Shown in pieces: positions 37,060-47,430 of a stretch of 64,000 nucleotides of DNA (its first letter is position 1; every line of letters begins with the position of its first letter). Source of the DNA: Chrysemys picta bellii (lineage: Eukaryota). Location: assembly GCF_011386835.1 (NCBI RefSeq), contig NC_088803.1, forward strand, positions 19,158,001-19,222,000, written 5' to 3'. The position numbers and the translations under genes are program-made. The notes under the pieces are model-generated. The model did no database searches. It saw nothing but the letters and a program-made list of their open reading frames with translations, and had not been told where the DNA came from.

Positions 37060-37481
37060 GGGCTGGGTTCCCACCAGAAGCCCCCACCACAGTCGTGCCA
37101 GGCTAGGGCGAGAGCTAAGGCTGTGGTTAGCAACTGAGCCGCCTCCGGTGCCAGATGTGCATTGTACTCAGCTGTGCACGGCTGCCCGGGGTATGGGGGG
37201 GGGTCCCCACTTGGCACAGCCCCAGCTGGGCCTGGCACCAGGACGGGCAGGGCTCCAGGGGCCAAGCGTTCCCAGCTGTGGGGGCGTCTGGACCCAGCTG
37301 GGCCTGTACTGCACCCCCCAGCCTATGTGGTGGGTTTCCAGGAACTGAGATAGCTGAGCCCCTGCCTGGCTGGTGCAAACGTCACCCTGAGGTTTCCTGT
37401 CCCCCACACCTCTGCCCCGAGCCGGTCTGTGCAACACTTCGGGGCTGAGGCAGATGCACCATCCCTGAGCTTGCAGTAAGG

Positions 37482-40400
37482 ATGCTGTTGTTCCTGCTCC
37501 CTGCAGCCTTTCTTGTGCGAATCCTGTCCCCCGGGGCTCAGGCTGGTGAGTCTCGCAGGCTGGGGTGGGGGGGGGGGGTGAGCAGATAAGACCCACAGGG
37601 AGCAGAGTGTTCGGGCACCGGCCCAGCCATCTCCCCAGCCTCATCAAAGTGGCGTGGGAGCTGGAGGAGAACTGGGTGGGGTGCTTCTGTCCTCAGGCCC
37701 CATGATTCCAGCTGGGGTCGTCTCCTCCTGCACTGGCCCCAGATGCAGCATGGCCAAGTCCCAGCCTTTGCCCCTGCTGCTCGACCAAGGAGTAACTGCT
37801 AGGCCCATGGTGGACCAGCTGGTGGATAAGTCCCAGCGGGTCACGGGGCGCTTTGCTAGTCCGGAGCAGCAATGGAGTGGCCAAGAAGGCTGGGCTCTCC
37901 CCTGGGCTCTGGGAGGCGGGGGTGGCTTATGCCTTCACGATCATCAGCTGTATATATATGACAGGTGCCCTTCTATGCCAGTCCACAGGGGGGACGAGAG
38001 CTTTTTCTCAAGCTGTAGCAGCTCATGGATTAGCTGGGGAGGTCCCCGGGTCAGCCCCCAGCAGATTGGCCACAAAAGCAGCCACTTGGCAATGGAGAGG
38101 AGGGGGGTTTGCCATGTCACAGACCTGCCTCCATTCGTCTGGGATGATTTTTAAGACCTCGATCAATAATAGCAGAAGGCTTTGGCCCCGGGTCAGTAAC
38201 ACGGGCACTGCTATGGGCAGCAGGAGTGGCTTGGACAAGGTATTTGCAGTTATCTCATGTGAGGGATATTGTTTGTAGAGTCGTCAACTCTCTGGCCAGA
38301 AGGTCCATGTGATCATCTCGTCTGGCCTCCTGCAGGACGCAGGTCAGAGACCTGCCCTCATTAATTCCTGTTAGAAAAACAGCCCAGCTTGATTTACAAA
38401 TCACCAGCGATGGAGAGTCCATCCAGCCATTGTTCCAGTGGTTACTAACTCTAATGGTTAAAAATTTGCATCTCATTTCCAGTCTGAATTTGTTTCAACT
38501 TCCAACCATTGGGTCGGGTTAGACCTTTCCCGGCTGGATTCTCTGCCCATTATTTACTATTTTTTCCCCAGGTAGGTACTTAGAGACTGTGATCGAGTCA
38601 CCCCTGAACCTTCTCTTTGTTAAGAAAAATAGATCAAGCTCCTTGGGTCTATCACTCTAAGGCAGGTTTTCTAACCTTCTAACCATTCTTGTGGCTCTTC
38701 TCTGACCCCTCTCCAATTTACCAACATCCCTCTTGAATTGTGGATACCAGAACTGGACTCAGGATTCCAGCAGCAGTCGCACCAAATCCAGAGGTAAAAT
38801 AACCTCTCTGCTCCTACTGGAGATTCCCTGTTTCTGCATCCCAGGATCACATTAGCACTTTTGGCCGCAGCGTCACACTGGGAGCTCATGGTCAGCTGAC
38901 TATCTGCCCCAATCCCAAGGGTTTTTCTGAGTCACTGCGTCCCAGGATTGGGTCCCCCGTCCCATACATGTGGCCAAAATCCTGTGCTCCTAGATGTTGC
39001 CTTTATCTCTGGCCATAGGAAAATACATGTTGTTTGCCTGAGCCCAGTTTACCAAACACTCCAGATTGCATCACTGACCCATCCTCTTCATTATTTACCA
39101 CTCCCCTCTCTTTTGTGTCATCTGTAAACTTTACCTGCGATGATTTTATTTGTTTCTTCAAAGTCATAGATAAAAACATGTTCATTATCAGAGGGCTAAG
39201 AATGGTTGGACTCAGCCCAGGAGGTGACAAGCCCCAGAGTGTTTCAGATTTCTCTAGAAAGAGGCCCCAAAAGCACTGAGACGCTCCAGTGCGAATGGCC
39301 CAAAGGCGTGTCTCAGAAATGCATGTTGATCTCTCTGGACCAATCCAGTTCTCATCAAGGCATCATGAAAGATTCACACATCCTGGCGTTGGCCCATTTG
39401 TAAAGGTTTAATGGCCCAAAATAAAGGTATAATGGCCCCATTAAACCAAAATCTCTAGGGCAACTTGAAACTTGCTGTCACAGATGGTCAGGGATAGATG
39501 TGGGTGCCAAAATTCCCTACAGATGTGGAGAGGGGGATGGGAAGGGGCTGATTTCCCAGCCTCATATTTTCCCAAGTGGTGGATTTGAACCCATCCTTGT
39601 CTTTCTCCCAGGGGGGATCGTTGGGGGACAGGAAGCTGTGCCCCACTCCAGACCCTACATGGCCTTTCTGAAGATAAAAAGATGCTTCGAACCCATGAAT
39701 ACCTGCGGGGGGTTCTTGATCCGGGACGACGTGGTGGTGACGGCGGCTCACTGTAGAGTGAAGTGGAGGTAAGGATCCCTCCCCCACCCTGCCCACCAGG
39801 GGATCAGCTCAACCTCTGCAGAGCCACGCTTGAGGTCTCAATTCCCAGTGACGATGTTGCTCCAGCCAACCGCTCCAGTGCGATCACAAGGCCATGGATC
39901 AGCTGGATCCAATGCATAGGGGAATACCCCAGCCATGGGGATACCAGGCAGCCTGGCACCCCCTAGAGGGGAAAGGCTCTGTGTCCCATTCCCTGCCCCC
40001 CTCAACCACCCAGTGCCCTCGAGTTCTCCCAGATGTGATGTGTCATGCACTATGGCATTATTCAGAAAAGGGGTTCAGGGCTGGTCATTCCCAAAGTGGT
40101 CAGAGTGTCCAGAAGCCCTAGACCCCCCTGTGACTGCAGGACCGATATGTGGAGATGGGAGGGGCTTTCGAAGGGAGAGCCGTCTCTTGGGGTGTGCTCA
40201 GCACTGACGCCTGGCTGGTCTCTGTGTGTCCGGGCAGCAAAGGCATCGTGGTGCTGGGGGCCCACAACATTCGGAAGAAAGAACCAAGAGAACCATGGAG
40301 TCAGAAAATTAGAGTGAGGCGCTGGATCCGCCACCCGAAATATAACAAAATGACCCAAAACAATGACATCATGCTGCTGCAGGTACAACCCCCATCCCAT

Positions 40401-41285
40401 CACCCTGCCCTGAGTGACCCCACACTGCTGCAGACACTACCCCCATCCCATCACCCTGCCCCCAGTGACCTCACACTGCTGCAAGCACTGCCCCCATCCC
40501 ATCACCCCGCCCCCAGTGACCTCACACTGCTGCAGGCACTGCCCCCATCCCATCACCCCGTTACTCTCCATTGCACTCTGGTCTGCTTACGTCTCCCTTG
40601 CATCCAATTCTCTTGTCCCTCACACGGCAGCTGAGAAAGAGGGCTGAACTCAATGACTGGGTGCAGCCCATCCCTCTGCCCCACCCCTGGCCGGAGGTAC
40701 CTGTGGGCACCAGGTGCAACGTGTCTGGGTGGGGCTGGATGCAAGTTAATCCCCCTAAGAGCTCGGACGTGCTGCAGGATGTGGTTCTGGAGGTGATGGC
40801 TGACGAGGTGTGTGAACACAATTTGACCAAACCATATGATGCTAAATCCATGCTCTGTGCGGGGGATCCCAGAGGCAAGAAAGCCACCCTGAAGGTAAAG
40901 ATCCTGCCGTCCGGGGGGGGTGGAGGGGGAGGCTGCTCTGGTATATTCTTTGGGAGTGGGGAGGGTCGAATTCAGATCTCAAATGCCAAGGGCGTGGAGG
41001 GAAGGTGACATTGGGCTGGGGATGGGGGTGGGAGGACTGTGAGTATGACAGCGACAAGTGAATCACACAAGGCGTTACTCCTCTGAGGCATGTTTCATTT
41101 CACAGGGTGATTCAGGGGGCCCCCTGGTGTGCGATGGGGTGCTCCAGGGCATCGTCTCATGGGGGCCGAGCAATGGGGCCTCTCCTGAAGTGTATGCAAG
41201 AGTCTCCCAGTTCATCCGCTGGATACGGACAGTGATGAAACAGCTGATGCCCCCGGATGCTCCTGGAATCTCGTCTCGAACCTGA
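37482..41285 (+). CDS. Protease copy C: intact cathepsin G/granzyme/mast-cell-protease-like S1 serine protease; exons 37482-37545, 39612-39768, 40238-40382, 40631-40894, 41106-41285
   Basis: Five GT-AG exons with phases 1,2,0,0; signal peptide, GG propeptide, IVGG N-terminus, [14 protein letters not shown] (His57), NDIML (Asp102), GDSGG (Ser195); lacks Cys191 as expected for the chymase-locus family. Confidence 0.92.
40383..40560 (+). repeat. 51-bp intron-3 minisatellite (exon-end/donor copies) in copy C
   Basis: Three full units in frame with exon 3 ([17 protein letters not shown] etc.); internal donor copies have degenerated to AC, or GC (after CAA and CAG). Confidence 0.85.
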
Positions 41286-42254
41286 GCTGCCCAACTCCCG
41301 TTGGTCCTGAGGCTGAGCTCGGGGTCTTCTCACCGGGGACGGGGGTGGAAAATGTAACTCTCTGGACCTGGGAGCCTTTCACAGCCACTTCACCCTGCTA
41401 CAAATATCACCATGTCCCTTAGTCGGTCCTCTGCTGGGACTAAACTGGATCGCTCAGCATCAAACGCACGTTCCTCTTCCTAATGGACCAGACTGATTAG
41501 TTCAAAGGCTGGAGGCTGGAGGGGGCTGGGGTCAGGTAGGAATGTTCCACCCCAATCATTTTTCGACAGAAAATGCCGTTGCCACAAAAATGAAACTTTT
41601 CTCAGGGAAATATAAATTTTTTTGCCATCTCCCCCCCTGGTTTTCCACCAGGAAAGACTCAGTGAAATAGCTTGTTTTGGCTTCAGTCAACTCGAAACAA
41701 AACATTTTGGGGGAGCCAAATTGGACTGTTTCATTTGGTGCCAGTTCAGCAGTGATCTGTGTCCCTGGTGTGTCCGCGGTGCCCTCCCTGTTAAAAATGT
41801 GCACGTTATTCCCAGTCCTAATTTGTCTAGTTTCAGTTTCCAACCATTGGTTATGTTAGACCTTTCTCTGCTAGATAGAAGAGCCCATTGTTAAATATTT
41901 GTTCCACATGTCGGTACTTACAGACTGTGACCAGATCACTCCTGAAGCTAAATCAATTGAGCTCCTGGAGTCTAACACTATAATGCGTCTTTTAACAGCT
42001 GGGCTCCTGGCTGGATTACATCTCCCATGATGCACAAGGAATGATGGAGGGCAAATGACCAGGGTGCATTATGGGAAATGTAGTCCAGCTGGGAAGCCCA
42101 ACCTGTAGGGCTGCATAGGGGCACAAGGGACTTGAACTACAACTTCCATGAGGCACTGCAGGAGCTCAAGAGGATGCAGCCGGACATGGAGCTGACCTGA
42201 AATAAAATGTGCTGACTGTCCCGGTCAGGAATAGTTCAGAGTCCAATATTCCCC

Positions 42255-43417
42255 CGTGACAGTTGCAGTCTATATAATTTTATAAAAATATGCTAATGAG
42301 TGAATATACTGTAACTGGAATATGCTTCAGGCAAAAGGTCTCTTGTAAGGTATCATTACAAAGCTTATAATCTACTGAGTGTGATCATCCTATTTGTATA
42401 AATGTACCACTCTTGTATCTGAAACTAGAAATAGGAAATATAACTCTGAGGGCCTATTGTAATTATGCAAAGTGTGGGCCATTAATGGTGGTTTGGAATC
42501 TTGATGACTCCCATTAACCAGGACAATTGTCTACAGATGGCTGTGTTTTACCAGTAAGTCTTCCTGTATATGTGTGTGCTGGCAAGTGGGCAATGAAGTC
42601 TTGCAGTGACATGTGATCATGTCACCTGAACTGGAATCCATCTTTAACCTGGTGTCTTTCCATTGAGAAGGAGGGGGTGGAAACCCAGAGAGGGACAAAG
42701 GATTCCCGCCTTATGCAAAAGATATATAAAGGGGTGGAACAGAACAAAGGGAGAGAGGAGCCATCATGAAGAATCCCCTAGCTATCACCTGAGCTGGAAC
42801 AAGAGCTGTACCAGGGGAAAGAATTGTGCCCAGGCCTGGAAGGTGTCCAGTCTGAGAAAAAAACTTACTGAAGCATCTCTGAGGGTGAGATTATCTTTAT
42901 TCAGTTTGATTAGACATAGATTTGCACATTTTATTTTATTTTGCTTGGTGACTTATTTTGTTCTGTCTGTTACTACTTGGAACCACTTAAATCCTACTTT
43001 CTGTATTTAATAAAATCACTTTTTACTTATTGATTAACTCAGAGTATGTATTAATACCTGGGGGAGCAAACAACTGTGCATCTCTCTCTATCAGTGTTAT
43101 AGAGGGTGAACAATTTATGAGTTTACCCTGTATAAGCTTTCTACAGGGTAAAAGGGATTTATTTGGGTTTAGACCCCATTGGGAGTTGGGCATCTGAGTG
43201 TTAAAGGCAGGAACACTTCTGTTAGCTGCTTTCAGGTAAACCTGCAGCTTTGGGACAAGTAAGTCAGACCCTGGGTCTGTGTTGGAGCAATGGGAGTGTC
43301 TGGCTCAGCAAGACAGGGTGCTGGGGCCCCGAGCTGGCAGGGAAGGCAGGGGTAGAAGTAGTCTTGGCACAGCGGGTGGCAGCTCCCAAGGCGGTTTCTG
43401 TGATCCAACCCGTCACA
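42255..43417 (+). mobile_element. Solo LTR (Gypsy/ERV-type)
   Basis: (C)GTGAC...GTCACA ends, C-run TSD-like flanks, TATATAAA near 42723 and AATAAA near 43008. Confidence 0.7.
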
Positions 43418-43744
43418 CCCCCAACTCGTGAGGAAGAGGAGAAATATTGACACGTCTCATGGCAGGGAGGATGCAAAGCAATGGCCAGGTGGAAAGATCC
43501 AAGTGGTTTGGAGGAACTGTCGGGGACGTCTCAGAGGGCTGGGTTTTGACTCAACATAAGATGGAAAATTTTGGTCAAAGTCGACACTGGCTCATTGAAA
43601 ATAGCCACTGCTACTAAACTACTGTTTCCAGCTGTTTGATGTGCCCATTTCTGATCAGGCCCGGATACCGTGGGGGCCCGCTGGGCAGTGGAGAATCGGG
43701 CCTGCTCAGGGCTGAACTGAGCCGGGAGCTTGCTTGTTTGCAGA

Positions 43745-44464
43745 GGGCTTGGCTACACTTGCGAGTTATAGCGCAATAAAGCAGCCCCGGGCACCCTAGC
43801 TCCCTCCCCGTCTACACTGGCAAGGCCCGTAGAGCGCTCTGACTCTGCGGGTACAGCGCTGCTGGTACTCCACCTTGGTGAGAGGAATAACGTTTGCTGC
43901 ACCTTGGTACAACGCCCGGGTATCAGTGTGAATGAGGTGTTGCGTTACTGTGCTCTGATCGGCCTCCAGAAATGTCCCATAATCCCCTTAAGTCAAGTGG
44001 CCACTCTTGTCATTGTTTTGAACTCCTGTAGGAATGCAGAAATGCCCTTTCAAAGCTCCGTTTCTGACAGCCGCAATGCAAGCCGTTACTATGGAATGCT
44101 GTGTGTGAGCGAGAGAGGCGGGGGGAGAGAGGGGGTCTGCTGCTGTCTGAACTTACAAGACAGCATGCTGACATCCTCTCAGCCCCCGCAAAACCCCACT
44201 CTCTCTCCCCCCACATACACACAACACACTCCCTGTCACACTCCACCCCAGCCCCCCCATTTGAAAAACACGTTGCAGTCACTTGCATGCTGGGATAGCT
44301 GCCCATAATGCACCGCTCCCAGTGCCACTGCAAGTGCCGCAAATGTGGCCACGCCAGTGCGCTGTCAGCTGTCAGTGTGGACAGACTGCAGCGCTTTCCC
44401 TACTGTGCTCTCCGAAGGCGGGTTTAACTCACAGCGCTCGACATCTGCAAGTGTAGCCAAGCCC
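43745..44464. mobile_element. Non-autonomous PIF/Harbinger-like DNA transposon
   Basis: 18-bp perfect TIR GGGCTTGGCTACACTTGC / GCAAGTGTAGCCAAGCCC; TAA on the right flank. Confidence 0.65.
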
Positions 44465-45679
44465 TAAGAAATTACCCAGTGATGGGCTGCAACCAAATGC
44501 CGCGAGCTCAGACCCTTGTTCCTTTCTACCCATCTCCCCCCTCCCGCCCGCATCTGCCCCAGCTGGTTAATTTCACTCGCTGCTTTCTAGCCCTGCAGTG
44601 AGTAAAACCAAAGGTACAAAAATCTAGTGTCGCCTCACTGGAAATCGAAGGGTCTCCCTGAGCTTGGAAATCCAGAGCCGTCTCTGAAGCCACCTGGCAT
44701 AACAAGGCTCTGGTTAGGGCTAGGACAGGGGGAGTGGGGAAATTAACCCACCCCCCCCCCCCGCCAAAGGTCTGGAATACCCCCCCGCCCCAGGTGTCAG
44801 GGAAACACAGGGAGAATTACAAGGAAAAGAGCTTTAAAAAAAGAGAAAACCCTTTGACAAGCTACAGAGGGGCATGGAGAATGCGATTTCCAACTGGGGG
44901 TCAGCCTGCAACCTGGCCCTAGGACGGGGACTGGCTGGCTCAGGGGATGGGGAATGGGACATGGGGCCTTTCCCCTCTAGGGGGTGCTGGCTCCCACCTG
45001 CCCCCAGGGTGGAGACTGGCTGGCTGGGGGGGGGAGGGGGTCTGAGAATCAGACATACTTTCCCCCCATTGTGTGCGGGGGGTGTCTGTGGGCAGCAGGG
45101 CTGTCACTGATAGGGGGATCTGGTCTCTCTGACCCATGTTGCTCCCCCAGCTCACCCCCCTGCCTCCACACACAGGGTGGGGGACAGCTGAGGAGGCCCA
45201 AGGGGCTGGGTTCCCACCAAACCCCAGACCCCACAACAATGGTGCCAAGCTGGGGTAAGGGAGCTGTTTTGGAACACCATTCCCCCCACCCCCCCGCCCA
45301 GCTTCTGGAGTCCTGTGATTTTCAGTTAACAAGGCCGGTTCTAGCCCTTGGCGTGGCCCAGAAATGCCTGCAACCGTGACCCTGAAAGATTTGGAAAAAA
45401 AGAAACCAAAGAAACTGAAGGCAAATAAAAAAGATCCGAAAACTGATGTATCTGTAAAAACTCTTTTTAAGCAAATCTCCAGTGGTTTTTTTCACCTGAC
45501 TTGTGATTTTTGAAGAGCTGGGGTTGGCCCTGCTAAAGTACTCTGTGTTATTATTTATTAGGTGTATTACGGTAGTGCTGGTAGCACTACCGTAATACAC
45601 CTCATCATGCTAGGGGCTGTACATTATTTATTAGGAGTATTACAGTAGCACAGAGGCCGGCCGGGGTCGGGGGACTCTG

Positions 45680-47430
45680 TAGGAGGCACTGTGCTGCAGG
45701 GGCCAGATGGGGACCTTGATAGGGGGTGCTGTGCTGCAGGGGACAGAGGGGGGGCTCAGTAGAGGGTGCTGGAATGAAGGGGGCAGAGGGAGGGCTCAGT
45801 AGGGGACGCTGGGCTGCGGAGGGTAGGGGGGCTCAGTAGGGCGCACTGTATTGCAGGGGGCAGATGGGGGCCTCGGTAGGGGGACACCATGCTGCAGGGG
45901 GCAGAGGGGTTTCAGTAGGGGGCAGCATGCACAGGGGCAGAGGGGGGCTCAGTAGGTGGCACTGTGCTGCAAGGGGCAGAGGGGAGCTCAGTAGGGGGCG
46001 CTCTCCCCCAAGCGGGAGGAAAGGCTGGATCTGCAAGATGTTCTGCCCACCCACCCCAGGGCATCCAGCCGCAAAGGCAGGAAGAGAACCCAGGCGTCCT
46101 GAGCCCCAGTGCCCCCACTCCGAGTCCACCTGCTCCTGCTGACGCCTGCGGTGCAGAGCCGGCCGTGCGCAGTACCCAGGCAAACCAAGGCAACAAAATG
46201 GCTCCAGTAAAAAACTCTGTGAAGGTTACACGTGTACTGACGGTTGGTGGCTCGAAAACATCACCATTTCACCCATGCGCATGACTGCGGTGCCACCCAG
46301 GTGGGGCTGGGGACTGGCAATTGGGGGGCCAGGCGCTATGGGGCACAGGGGTGATTGGAGGTGGTGGGGAGAGCACAGGACGGAGGCACGGCAGGGATAC
46401 ACCCTTGTCCCCCCCCCCCCCCATAACCTCAGGGAGTTTTGGCTAAATCCACGAAACGCCCCCCCTCCCCTCCCCGAGGGCCTCCTCTTCGCCCAGGCTG
46501 GCCCATGTGGTGCTAGCCCAGGACAGCGACGGTCACGCGGTGACACCTGGGCAGGACAGAGACGTGGCCAAGGTGTCTCCTGGCTTAGCCAGGGCAGAGT
46601 CGAGGGTTCCTGGCTGTGCCCGCGCCGGGCAGAACGGCCCCTCCGAGCGGCCTGCAGGGGAAGCCAAGCAGAGATTGACTCAGGCGGAGACCCTGCTTCC
46701 ATCCCCTGCAGTGGGAATGGTGAGGGGCAATGGGGATTATCACACCTTGGCGGGGAGGTGGCTTCCCACAGCCCCTGCCCCGCCACCCAGCCAGGCCACA
46801 GCACAGAGCCCGGGTAGCTCACGCGAGGCAGGGCCAAGAGGGGCAGTCCGTGGCTGGGAGAGCAGCAAGGGGAAACCCCGGGTGCTGCGCAGGGGGAATT
46901 GTACTGGGGGGACATGTTCCCCTGGCAGTCAGTGCTGACCCCAATGCCCCAGGGCGGCGCTAGGGGCACTGTGCTGCAGGGGGGTGCTGGGGGCACTAGG
47001 GAGTGGTGTGCTGGAGGGGGCTCTGGGGGCACTAGGGGGTGTTATGCTGCAGGGGGGTGCTGGGGGCACTGGGGGCACTAGAGGGTGCTGTGCTGCAGGG
47101 GCACAGGGGGTGCTGTGCTGCAGGGGGGTGCTGGGAGCACTAGGGGGTGCTGTGCTGCAGGGGGTACTGGAGGCATTGGGGACGCTGTGCTGTAGGGATG
47201 ATGGGGGCACTAGGGGGTGCTTGGGGCACTAGGGGGTGCTGTGCTGCAGGGGGTGCTGGGGGCACTAGGGGGCGCTGTGCTGCAGGGGCACTGGGGTGCT
47301 GTGCTGCAGGGGGGTGCTGTGGGCACTAGGGGGTGCTGTGCTACAGGGGGTGCTGGGGGGCACTAGGGGGCACTATGCTGCAGGGACACTGGGGGCGCTG
47401 AGCTGCAGGGGGGCTGGGGGACACTAGGGG
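45680..47430. repeat. G-rich degenerate tandem repeats (GGGGGTGCTGTGCTGCAG-type) at 45680-46000 and 46950-47430
   Basis: Many short imperfect units visible directly. Confidence 0.75.

Noticed and set aside
46480-46550. Alternative last exon of the class I-like gene (GVTA*)
   Set aside because: A plausible acceptor exists, but the nearer 46705 acceptor has a good pyrimidine tract; this cannot be resolved without RNA, so neither is asserted strongly.
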